64,000 nucleotides of DNA from Candidatus Aenigmatarchaeota archaeon (GTDB taxonomy: Archaea; Aenigmatarchaeota; Aenigmatarchaeia; CG10238-14; SCSR01): positions 608,001 through 672,000 of the forward strand of contig JAVZHQ010000001.1 in NCBI GenBank assembly GCA_038998335.1, written 5' to 3'. Made by a program: the position numbers and the translations under genes. The notes under the pieces are model-generated. The model was not told the DNA's origin, ran no database searches, and was given only the letters and a program-made list of their open reading frames with translations. Position 1 is the stretch's first letter. The number at the start of each line of letters is the position of its first letter. This document shows, in pieces, positions 55,641 to 64,000 of this stretch.

Positions 55641-56546
55641 TCAAACTTCTTTTTTTCTTTCTTCTGCTTTGATAGAATAGTAGTAAGCTGTTGGAAGGAT
55701 TAGAGATAAAGGTGTGAAAACTAGATAAGTTATAACTTGACCTATGAAAGGAGCAAACACAAACAAAATTCCTAGAAGATTGAAAGGAAGCTCGACCATG
55801 CTTTGAATCATTCCAACTATTAACCCCATAACAACATTAACAAAAAATATTGACCAAAATTTTCCTTTCGTTATCCTCCAACTTTCTTTCACGCTCTCGA
55901 TACAACCTCTTTTTTCCAACATAAAAACAGGAATGGAAAGCCAAATTCTAAAGTTGACGTAACCCAGAATAATTCCTAAAACTATTACTAAGAGAATTAA
56001 GTAAGGTAAAAGAGAAAAAACATAGCCAGGAAAGATTTCCATGCTAGTTGGTTTTATAAAAGGTAATATTGATAAACCTGTTACTGAAACACCAACAGGC
56101 GAAACATTTGGAATAGCTGATTTCTGAAACAAAGGTACAAGCAAAATAAAAACTATTAAAGCTATTAAAGCTGCGATGATAATCATAGGCAAAGATTGAA
56201 TGATGCCAACAACCAATATTTTGTGAGAAATCCTAAAACATTCTTTAAAAATTTCTATAATTCCAATTTTCTTTTTTTCTTTTGCTCTTTTAACCATTAA
56301 AGAATAGCCTGCAAACTGAACATAATTTAAAACTAAGAGAAAAACAAAACCCGAGCCTGCGATTAAAATAAAAGGAATCAAGCCTAGCGGAAAAGAAATA
56401 AAAAACAAGAATAGCGCCCCAACTACAATTATAAAACCGGCTAAACCATTTAGTGTAAGAAATAAAAGTTGATAAAGGAAAATCTTGGAGAAGTTTTCCT
56501 TCCAAAACTCAAAAGTATAACTTAATGAATCTGCAAACAAACTCAT
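55641..56546 (-). CDS. Polytopic membrane protein
   Basis: About six TMs; ES.KESWRITKG.FW motif of a common membrane-domain family. Confidence 0.7.
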   Translation of the reverse strand: MSLFADSLSYTFEFWKENFSKIFLYQLLFLTLNGLAGFIIVVGALFLFFISFPLGLIPFILIAGSGFVFLLVLNYVQFAGYSLMVKRAKEKKKIGIIEIFKECFRISHKILVVGIIQSLPMIIIAALIALIVFILLVPLFQKSAIPNVSPVGVSVTGLSILPFIKPTSMEIFPGYVFSLLPYLILLVIVLGIILGYVNFRIWLSIPVFMLEKRGCIESVKESWRITKGKFWSIFFVNVVMGLIVGMIQSMVELPFNLLGILFVFAPFIGQVITYLVFTPLSLILPTAYYYSIKAEERKKEV

Positions 56547-56570
56547 TTTTCTCTAATTTTTATTTATTTT

Positions 56571-57227
56571 TTATGTTTTTAACTTTTTCACACCATACTT
56601 TCCTTCAAGCTCAAGGAAAACAACTGGACCTAGATTTTTAGTTTTTATTTTATCGTTTTTTTCAAGATAAATCAAATCTTGACCAAAAGCAGTTATTACA
56701 GGGGAAATTAGTCTCCCTCCTTTTTTTAGCTGCTCAATCCAAGGCTTAGGAATCTTTGGGGCAGCTGCAGTAGAAATTATAGCATCATAAGGAGCATCTT
56801 TCTCATAACCCAAAGAGCCATCACCTAAAACAACTTTTACATCTTTATAACCAGCTTTTTTCAAATTTTCTTTTGCAAACTCATAAACTTCTGGATTAAT
56901 TTCTATCGTTACAACTTTTCCTTTTTTTACTATTTCTTTTATTAAAGCTGCTCCGTAACCTGAGCCTGCACCTATTTCTAAAACTTTTTCTCCTGGCTTA
57001 AGCTTAACTGCTTCAAGCATTATAGCATACATGTGCGGAGCAGAAATAGTTGCTCCCGAAACTATTGGTAAAGGGGTGTCAAGCCAAGCCTCGTTTTTGT
57101 ATTCTGGCAGAACAAAAAGCTCTCTTTTTACTTTAAGCATAGCTTCTATTATTTTTTTGCTCTTAAGCCTTCCTTCTCTTTTCAAGTTTTCTATAGTCTC
57201 TATCTTTTGCTTTTCTAGTTCTTCCAT
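56571..57227 (-). CDS. pcm: Protein-L-isoaspartate O-methyltransferase
   Basis: TISAPHM, VLEIGAGSGY and GDGSLG...APYD.I..TAAAP motifs. Confidence 0.95.
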   Translation of the reverse strand: MEELEKQKIETIENLKREGRLKSKKIIEAMLKVKRELFVLPEYKNEAWLDTPLPIVSGATISAPHMYAIMLEAVKLKPGEKVLEIGAGSGYGAALIKEIVKKGKVVTIEINPEVYEFAKENLKKAGYKDVKVVLGDGSLGYEKDAPYDAIISTAAAPKIPKPWIEQLKKGGRLISPVITAFGQDLIYLEKNDKIKTKNLGPVVFLELEGKYGVKKLKT

Positions 57228-57272
57228 GTTTAAAATTTGGATTAAAAGAATATCAAGATAGATTATTTTAAC

Positions 57273-58640
57273 TTAAGGTGGTTCTGGTGGTGGAGGTGGT
57301 GGAGGTGGAGGTAATGGAGGCTGAGGAGGTTGAGGTCCTGGGGGTGACGGAGGCTGTGGCTGAGGAGGTGGCGACGCACACTCACATTCTCCGTCTATAG
57401 TGGAAGGGATAGCTTCTCCTAAACAATTTTTAGTACAATACACTTCCAAAGGACAATCACATTCATAACCAGGATAAACCCAATAACATTCGCCAGACCC
57501 TGGAGGAATTTCTACGCATACTTTATCTACACCAGTTGGAATGTATCTACAAGACTCTGTTTTGTAGCAATCTAATTTTCTGAGATAAGTAGTAACATCA
57601 ACCTTAAAAATCAATTGCTGAGGACCTTTCGGAGTAGAAACATAATATTTTGTATCATTACAACCAAAAGTTACCTTTACTGCGCCTTTTACTTCAGCAA
57701 AGTATGCGCAAGTTCCGCTACATTCTTGTAAGCTTGCACAAGGCTTAGAAAATGGTATTTTAACACAATCTTTGCACATAGGTGCATCTTTCCATTCTTT
57801 ACAACCTTGATAATCTTCCTCTTCAGGGCAATCGCTTTTTCCATAAAAACAACAGGAAATATTGTAGTAACACTTGACATAAGGGTCTGAAAATGTTCTT
57901 TCTAAATTACTTACTTCCTCTTCTGCCATTTGGATTACTGCTGATAAAAATGGCAAACAATTGTTGCATCCTCCCATACCATTACAATAACATATTTTTG
58001 ACAGGTTTCCACACATATGTTGAATATACTTCGGCCCGTAAGTTTTTGCCCACTCGCTAAACTTTCTGTACATATACCAAAATCTAAGTAAAGAAATTCT
58101 CTCTGTTAAATCTCCTAGAGAAGTAATGTTTTCTTCACCAAGTGATATAAAAATGTTGTTTCCTAAAGCAATAGTCTCAAAACTCTCGTCAAACTTTCCA
58201 CTTTCAACTTCCTGTTGAGAAACTTTAAAATCAACACAACTTACTTCTGAGAGGTTAACTTTTAAGATATCTGACTGGTTGAAATTTTTAATGTAATAAT
58301 TAATAAAGCGTAGAGTTTCATTCGACAAGAAAAACCTAACTTCTTCCACGCTTGGCACGTCTACCTGATTACAAATCCAGCTTCTAGGATAGTTTTCTCC
58401 TGTTTGAGATACTCCTCCTCTTTTCCCAACTTCACTTACTCCTGAATGAACAGAAAAATGAAGGGAAATTCTTTCAAAAAATTTTACATAATCAAGGTAA
58501 ATGGAAGCTTTAAAATAGCTTAAACTTTTAACAATACTTTCTCTAAACTCGAAGCTAATAAAGAAGAAGAAAATTAGAGAAATAATTCCTATCGCTACCA
58601 TTACGCTTAATATTAGTAAGCTAGATTGAGACTTTACCAT
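57273..58640 (-). CDS. Class III signal-peptide protein with a Cys-rich domain and a poly-Pro C-terminal tail
   Basis: MVKSQ plus hydrophobic helix; more than 25 Cys; ends PPPQPQPPSPPGPQPPQPPLPPPPPPPPPEPP. Confidence 0.7.
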   Translation of the reverse strand: MVKSQSSLLILSVMVAIGIISLIFFFFISFEFRESIVKSLSYFKASIYLDYVKFFERISLHFSVHSGVSEVGKRGGVSQTGENYPRSWICNQVDVPSVEEVRFFLSNETLRFINYYIKNFNQSDILKVNLSEVSCVDFKVSQQEVESGKFDESFETIALGNNIFISLGEENITSLGDLTERISLLRFWYMYRKFSEWAKTYGPKYIQHMCGNLSKICYCNGMGGCNNCLPFLSAVIQMAEEEVSNLERTFSDPYVKCYYNISCCFYGKSDCPEEEDYQGCKEWKDAPMCKDCVKIPFSKPCASLQECSGTCAYFAEVKGAVKVTFGCNDTKYYVSTPKGPQQLIFKVDVTTYLRKLDCYKTESCRYIPTGVDKVCVEIPPGSGECYWVYPGYECDCPLEVYCTKNCLGEAIPSTIDGECECASPPPQPQPPSPPGPQPPQPPLPPPPPPPPPEPP

Positions 58641-59785
58641 ACTATCAGCTCTGAGTTAATCGTTTCACCCTCATAATTAGGGTATGGAAGCTTGATGATA
58701 AAAGTGTAAATGTTTTTAGCCGAAGTTGGAGCTTCATAACCAAAAACTATAGGTGGTTTTGAGGGAATAATTTTTATTATTTCTTCTACGGCTTCTGCAG
58801 GATTAACTACTTCTAAATCAAAATACTTTCCTTTACACTCGGTTGAAATGTTTTTAAGAGCATCGACTACTTTTTTCACTCCGCATAAATCACAGCTTCC
58901 TTGAGTTGGTTGGGGAGGAGAATAGGTTGGGTAGTAATACTCACACCATTGTCTCCATGCATTAACACAGCTATTTACACTAAAGTTTCCTTTTAAAGTA
59001 AAGATAGAAATGTTATGTTGTTTACATGTCTTAAGTCCATTATCAAAACTATCTTGAAAATTGCCCATTTTATCGCTATCTGTACATATACAAACATCAC
59101 TTCCTGTGGTTAGTTCGTCGGTTATTATTATTATCGCAGTTAAGTTAAGTTTTTCAGCTAAGCATTTAATTCCATTACCCCAATCTTCTTCAGTTTGCTT
59201 AAGAAGTGAACAACCAGTTAATTCAAAACAGTCATCTTTAACTTTTGTGTTTTTAAATATTTCGCAACCCCAAGAAGAGCCTGCACCTTTAAGTGTGTAT
59301 ATCCTTATCTTTATTTTTTTCTTTAAGGCTATTAGGTTTATTTCTTCTATCTTATCTTTTATAACATCTATTTCATCTTTTAAACTTCCTGAAGTGTCTA
59401 ATAAAAAAACGACATTAACCCATTCTTTTGGTACATAAACGATAAACTTCCAGTTTTTATCAAAATATCTCTCAAAAAATTGTGGCAAAATTTCAGAGAC
59501 ATTAATTACACCATAGCCTTCTCCATAGTTAACAGTTAAATTTTCAGAAACTACAGCATCAGAAACTATAGAAGCTAAAGACCTTTCTGTGCCGTAAATT
59601 TTAGAAGATTGTAAAGTAATAACTGCATCGCTCACTCTATTATAAATTTGCTCTCTAGTTAGCAATTCTTTTTGAGTTTCACTTATAGAAACATAACGAA
59701 AATAAAGAATTGAAAGAAGGATGGTTACACCAACTACAATGACAAGTATTTCTACTATTTCTAAAGTTTGAGCTTTATGAAACAA
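58634..59785 (-). CDS. Class III signal-peptide protein with an inserted vWA domain
   Basis: HKAQTLEIVEIL; VVFLLDTSGSL (MIDAS DxSxS); IIIITDE. Confidence 0.78.
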   Translation of the reverse strand: MFHKAQTLEIVEILVIVVGVTILLSILYFRYVSISETQKELLTREQIYNRVSDAVITLQSSKIYGTERSLASIVSDAVVSENLTVNYGEGYGVINVSEILPQFFERYFDKNWKFIVYVPKEWVNVVFLLDTSGSLKDEIDVIKDKIEEINLIALKKKIKIRIYTLKGAGSSWGCEIFKNTKVKDDCFELTGCSLLKQTEEDWGNGIKCLAEKLNLTAIIIITDELTTGSDVCICTDSDKMGNFQDSFDNGLKTCKQHNISIFTLKGNFSVNSCVNAWRQWCEYYYPTYSPPQPTQGSCDLCGVKKVVDALKNISTECKGKYFDLEVVNPAEAVEEIIKIIPSKPPIVFGYEAPTSAKNIYTFIIKLPYPNYEGETINSELIVW

Positions 59786-60542
59786 AAACTTCTCCTCCTA
59801 TCTTCTTGATTGAAATTTCGTAACTTCCTGGTTTAAGTCTATCCATATGCGTTTTGCAATAGACTTTTCTACAAACTATTTTCGAGTATAGCTCCTGACA
59901 AATTCTATCTTCTTCAGCAACCAACGGATAAGAAGTAGTTATTCTTTGCCTTAAAGAAGAACCTGTATCGCATACTCTGTTTATTAAGCCAGCAAATTCT
60001 TCAAGCTCTCCTTTCACAACTTTTAATCTTAGCATTCCTGGTTGTAAAAATGAAGAGTTTATTCTTATAGAAACAGGGAAAGATATTTCTACGGATTTTT
60101 TAAGTGCATTTCCTTCTGAAAAATTTTGAGAACCAAACCTCCATACTCTACTATTTTGCTTAAAATTATGTATACTAGTGTCAATTTGCGATTCAAAAGA
60201 TTCTATAAAAACTTCATAGCCATAAGCGTAACTTTTTGCACATTCTGGTTCAATTTCTTTATACTTGGAAGAGAATTCCAAAATTTTATTTAAATCTAAA
60301 ACTTTTTGGGTAACGTTAGAGAAAGTGTAAAAAAAACTGTTTTCTTCTTGATATGCTAAGCAAGAAGAAGATGTTGTTAAAAGTTGCGAAATAGTTATAG
60401 CTTTTTCTAACATTTCTAAGTCAGACATAAGCTGTGCATTAGTTTGGGTTATTGAAGTTATTTGATTGATGAAAATTGAGATTACGATTAGGATTAACAC
60501 TAGAAATATTCCTTTCATTAAAAAACTAAGCTGGGCTTTCAT
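59775..60542 (-). CDS. Class III signal-peptide (pilin-like) protein
   Basis: MKAQLSFLMKGIFLVLILIVI N-terminus. Confidence 0.7.
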   Translation of the reverse strand: MKAQLSFLMKGIFLVLILIVISIFINQITSITQTNAQLMSDLEMLEKAITISQLLTTSSSCLAYQEENSFFYTFSNVTQKVLDLNKILEFSSKYKEIEPECAKSYAYGYEVFIESFESQIDTSIHNFKQNSRVWRFGSQNFSEGNALKKSVEISFPVSIRINSSFLQPGMLRLKVVKGELEEFAGLINRVCDTGSSLRQRITTSYPLVAEEDRICQELYSKIVCRKVYCKTHMDRLKPGSYEISIKKIGGEVFVS

Positions 60543-61158
60543 AACTTGCTCTCCTTGACTTCCACACGATAATAAAAATTAAAGCTAAGATTATAGCCAC
60601 AACAACAAAATAAATGTATATAGAAAAAGATGGTGGTTTTATTTTACAATCTTGAGGACAATTTTCATAATTTTCTTCTAAATTTTCTTCACAGACTTCA
60701 TTTCCGCAATGACAGTCTGATAAACATGTGTAGAAAGTTTCTCCACTCAATTCTTCACACAAATTATTTTTAAAGCAAAGATAGTCAGAAAGGTCTAGAC
60801 TATGGATAAGTCTATTGTTGTGTAAAAAATCTATGTACTTAGATGTGTTTTTCCATTCAACTCTTAAGTACCCAAAAGAACTATTTGTTTCGGTACCGCC
60901 TGTGAAGTCAAAAATATAGAACAAAACAGGTATGTTTAAAGAATAAATTGTTTCGTTTCTAAAATCTTTTATTACAACTTTGTATTCATCTGAAGAAGAA
61001 GGTGGAATAAAAATCTTTGAATCAAAAACCTTGACAGAATTTACAAGTACTGTATCATTTTTAAAAATTGTATAATCAATACTCAAGACTTGTAAGGCTT
61101 TAGTTGCAGGGAACGTGAAAAATATAAAAGAGAAGATTATAACTAATTTTTTATTCAC
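60526..61158 (-). CDS. Secreted protein with CGNxxCE...CPQDC Cys repeats and a C-terminal TM
   Basis: Signal peptide; two Cys-rich repeats; TM anchor. Confidence 0.7.
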   Translation of the reverse strand: MNKKLVIIFSFIFFTFPATKALQVLSIDYTIFKNDTVLVNSVKVFDSKIFIPPSSSDEYKVVIKDFRNETIYSLNIPVLFYIFDFTGGTETNSSFGYLRVEWKNTSKYIDFLHNNRLIHSLDLSDYLCFKNNLCEELSGETFYTCLSDCHCGNEVCEENLEENYENCPQDCKIKPPSFSIYIYFVVVAIILALIFIIVWKSRRASYESPA

Positions 61159-62671
61159 AATAACCTGCCTCCTTTAACTTTGTCTTTATAAAATTATAGG
61201 CGTTCGAATCAAATTTATTTGGATAGCCAGCCATCCCGCTACATGTTAAAGGGTTTTTGATATTTGCGCCGCCTCCCATTATACAAGTTTCATAAGGCGG
61301 CCCTGCTACTGACATTTTTTCTCCACATGTTCCAACTTGGCATGGAGAATTGTCTATGCTACAATCGTTCACACAAGAATTTGGTGGACCAACTCCTGTA
61401 TTGAGAGGATAGGGATTCCCACAACCAGAATAGGGAGGACCACTTTCACTATAATAAGGAAAAGTAAATGTAGTAAATCGTAAATTTTCTCCCTCCCATA
61501 CGCTTTTCTTATACTCGTCACAGAGTTTTAATTGATGTCCTATTTCATGCGAAATGCAATATTTATCCAAATCGTCTGGTAAACCACCAAAACAAATCAC
61601 AAAAGGATAAGGAGGAGTTGCATAACCATTACATATAGGGTCATCGTTAAAAGCTGCTACAAGGTCAAAATCTGTTACACCAGAATTTTGAACACATTCT
61701 ATCGCTTCTGATGGGCAAGTGAAGTCCAAATCTGTACAATGACAGTTAAGATTAAGATATTCTATCGTAATCGAATCTGGACATTCTCTGAATGGACTTA
61801 CTGAAAGAAACCTTTCCATTCTGTCCATTGCTCTTGTTAAGTAAGAACTCATATCATCGTAGTTAATAGCAACAGTAACTATTTTAAAAATTTTAGTTGT
61901 TTTACAATCATTGCTATATTCATTTTCATCCATACACCTTGCTTCTCCATTTTTTGGATTATTACACCATTTTGGTTTACTTTCTGGACAACAATGTTTG
62001 TTTGAGCATATCGGTTTATCGGATGGGCAACAAACTCTTCCTTGGGAATCTATCCATAAGCCAGAATCAGTAGAACCTAAACAAACACTTTCAGCAGGGC
62101 AGAGTGGAGGTTTGTCACACTGTCTGCTAGAGTTCAAATACTTTGAACAACAAGCTAAAGAATCAGGAGCATACTCTCCATTGGGAGCACAATTTTGATT
62201 GCAAGTATATTTATCTTTTTGACCCCAACAAAAACCTGAACAACAAGCTAAAGAAAAAGAACAAGCTTCTCCGTTTTCCAAACATCTTCCCATAATAAAA
62301 ATCTTGTTTTCCATTTTGGCTATTGTAATTTTTTTACTATCTTCAAAAAAATTGCTAACTATTTCTGGCATTTGCTTTGAAAAGCTTGCTGTTTTGTTCA
62401 AGTTTTTATCATGAACAAAAACTGTATTATTTTCTATTTTAACGTAATATCTGACTAAAGGCGGGTAATAAACAAAAACTACATCTCCACTAGTTGCTAT
62501 TGCTTTGTCTATTATAGCTTCTAAATCTTTAGCAAATATTACAACAACCTCTTCCTTAGCAATTTGTGTTTGAACGTTGTAGAAAGAGAGTAGTTGATAA
62601 ACAGTTATGCCAGAAGCGACCAAAACTCCAATTATTAATATCGTTTCTGTAATCCCAAACTGAGCTTTCAT
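61151..62671 (-). CDS. Class III signal-peptide protein with a Cys-rich linker and a zinc-metallopeptidase domain
   Basis: MKAQFGITE; Cys-rich region; HEIGHQLKLCDEY zincin motif; CIMG Met-turn-like motif. Confidence 0.75.
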   Translation of the reverse strand: MKAQFGITETILIIGVLVASGITVYQLLSFYNVQTQIAKEEVVVIFAKDLEAIIDKAIATSGDVVFVYYPPLVRYYVKIENNTVFVHDKNLNKTASFSKQMPEIVSNFFEDSKKITIAKMENKIFIMGRCLENGEACSFSLACCSGFCWGQKDKYTCNQNCAPNGEYAPDSLACCSKYLNSSRQCDKPPLCPAESVCLGSTDSGLWIDSQGRVCCPSDKPICSNKHCCPESKPKWCNNPKNGEARCMDENEYSNDCKTTKIFKIVTVAINYDDMSSYLTRAMDRMERFLSVSPFRECPDSITIEYLNLNCHCTDLDFTCPSEAIECVQNSGVTDFDLVAAFNDDPICNGYATPPYPFVICFGGLPDDLDKYCISHEIGHQLKLCDEYKKSVWEGENLRFTTFTFPYYSESGPPYSGCGNPYPLNTGVGPPNSCVNDCSIDNSPCQVGTCGEKMSVAGPPYETCIMGGGANIKNPLTCSGMAGYPNKFDSNAYNFIKTKLKEAGYCE

Positions 62672-63171
62672 CTAATTGTTATATTGACTTTTTCGCTGCT
62701 TATTTTTTTAATTTCTAATTCGTATTCCTTAAAAGGGGCGCTCCCCAATATTTTGCTCACCGAAACCCAAATATCCTCTTTTTCTGGCAAAACTCCTAGA
62801 TAAGGCATGGTTAAGTTACAATAAAGTTTTTGACATCTCAAATAATTTTCATCCTTAAACTGCAAGCATAAGTTATAACCAGAACTTAAATTTTGATTTT
62901 TAATTAAATCAACAACTTTTATAGGAATTTTTTTCTCATCTGTAGAAAAAACAACCCTTGTTTGAAACTCAAACCTATATTTTTTAACAAGAGAATTGTT
63001 AATCTCTTGAACACAAACTGAATTTATATCAGTAAACAAATCTGAGAATTGTGATAAAGTATTCTGCTTTTGAGAAAAGTTGATGGCTGAAGAAATTAGA
63101 TGGTAAGCTATGGCTAAAATTAAAATGCTTATAACAATTCCACCAACAACATAAACCCATACTTCTGGCAT
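62668..63171 (-). CDS. Pilin-like protein with an N-terminal hydrophobic helix
   Basis: MPEVWVYVVGGIVISILIL; lies inside the pilin-like operon. Confidence 0.6.
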   Translation of the reverse strand: MPEVWVYVVGGIVISILILAIAYHLISSAINFSQKQNTLSQFSDLFTDINSVCVQEINNSLVKKYRFEFQTRVVFSTDEKKIPIKVVDLIKNQNLSSGYNLCLQFKDENYLRCQKLYCNLTMPYLGVLPEKEDIWVSVSKILGSAPFKEYELEIKKISSEKVNITIR

Positions 63172-63197
63172 TAATTAAAAAATAGCTTTTTTAGAAT

Positions 63198-63767
63198 TTA
63201 TGGACATTCTTCTGTATAGCCAGAAGCTATCCACCAATAAGATTCGTTATGGCCTGTAGTTTTATCTTCAAAGAAGCAAGTTCCTGGGTTTATGTCCCTT
63301 CTTACCATTTTAATCGCATCTTCCTTTGTAATGTAGCCAAGAGTTTGATTATAATAATTACAAAGCAATCTTAAACAATTTGCAGCCGATAGTTGATAAT
63401 TGCCGCATCTACAATCAGGATAAATGTGAAAACAATAAATCCCATCCTCACAAAGAGGAATTCCTTCTACCAAATTACCAACGTTTTTTTCCATTTTTTT
63501 CCCGTTCCAGTTAATATCAAGTTCTACCTTTCTCTCACAAAAATTTTTTCCAGCAATTTCATCACAACTTATTCTATAATTATCGCATAAATTCTTGCAT
63601 TCCAAATAAGCCTGCTCATAACCTCCTGCATCAGTTAATCTTTTAACTGGCTCCAAAATTGGAGTAACTGAAACATATTGAGAAACTAGCCTTATTACAA
63701 CTAAGGTTACAACAATCATTATAAATAAAAGAAAAACTATTTCTAGTGCCGTCAATCCTTTTTTCAT
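63198..63767 (-). CDS. Class III signal-peptide (archaeal type IV pilin-like) Cys-rich protein
   Basis: MKKG/LTALE (Glu at +5) plus hydrophobic helix. Confidence 0.78.
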   Translation of the reverse strand: MKKGLTALEIVFLLFIMIVVTLVVIRLVSQYVSVTPILEPVKRLTDAGGYEQAYLECKNLCDNYRISCDEIAGKNFCERKVELDINWNGKKMEKNVGNLVEGIPLCEDGIYCFHIYPDCRCGNYQLSAANCLRLLCNYYNQTLGYITKEDAIKMVRRDINPGTCFFEDKTTGHNESYWWIASGYTEECP

Positions 63768-63800
63768 ACAATTAGAATTTCTTTTTTTTATATTTAATAG

Positions 63801-63998
63801 TTAGCATTTAATTGAAATGTTGTACTTTATAAAATCATACTCAAGAAAAACAGAAGTTGCATCGGGGTTTCCACAATTCCATTCACAGTTTGGATGTGAA
63901 AAAGAAGCTAAAGAGATAGAACCATTAATAACATAACAAAGACAACTTTGCTTCAAGTTTATTTTACCAGTTTTTTGCCAGCATAAATCACAGTATTT
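63801..63998 (-). CDS. 3' end of a Cys-rich protein cut by the window edge
   Basis: Open frame KYCDLCWQKTG...FLEYDFIKYNISIKC* ending at TAA 63801-63803. Confidence 0.6.
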   Translation of the reverse strand, partial: KYCDLCWQKTGKINLKQSCLCYVINGSISLASFSHPNCEWNCGNPDATSVFLEYDFIKYNISIKC

Positions 63999-64000
63999 TT

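Noticed and set aside
748-63590. Numerous short Ser/Phe/Ile-rich ORFs in the six-frame track opposite long genes (e.g. 748..1131, 4126..4569, 47227..47550, 59061..59438)
   Set aside because: They are antisense or alternate-frame shadows of well-supported E/K-rich genes.

Overview
A 64 kb, AT-rich, gene-dense archaeal chromosome segment. It is most likely DPANN (Aenigmarchaeota-like; this is an inference from gene content, GGTGA/AGGAG ribosome-binding sites and many class III signal-peptide genes). From left to right: (1) a signal-transduction cluster (CheC-like, receiver, MEDS, HAMP histidine kinase, orphan DppA-like binding protein, PAS protein); (2) a ~20 kb cell-surface cluster (1954-aa Ig-repeat protein, chaperone-like membrane-anchored Ig proteins, a putative donor-strand filament subunit, an Asp-box adhesin, two MinD ATPases); (3) housekeeping genes (acs, SRP RNA, EndoQ, a pelota lacking its middle domain, rps17e, endA, top6AB, rio1, aIF-1A, NMD3, taw1, IPK/GGR/uppS, pcm) and five tRNAs; (4) an array of pilin-like class III signal-peptide proteins with vWA, zinc-protease and Cys/Pro-rich payloads. 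The most striking signal is two parallel 'nuclease-tRNA cassettes'. A LAGLIDADG ORF runs into tRNA-Phe and an HTH/PD-(D/E)XK ORF runs into tRNA-Asn. Both tRNAs carry a strict bulge-helix-bulge (BHB) intron at an unusual position (9/10 and 8/9) and a tandem extra copy of the 5' acceptor strand. An intron-less 5' tRNA-Asn fragment sits on the far side of its nuclease gene, like an insertion scar. All calls come from reading motifs by eye; no database searches were run.
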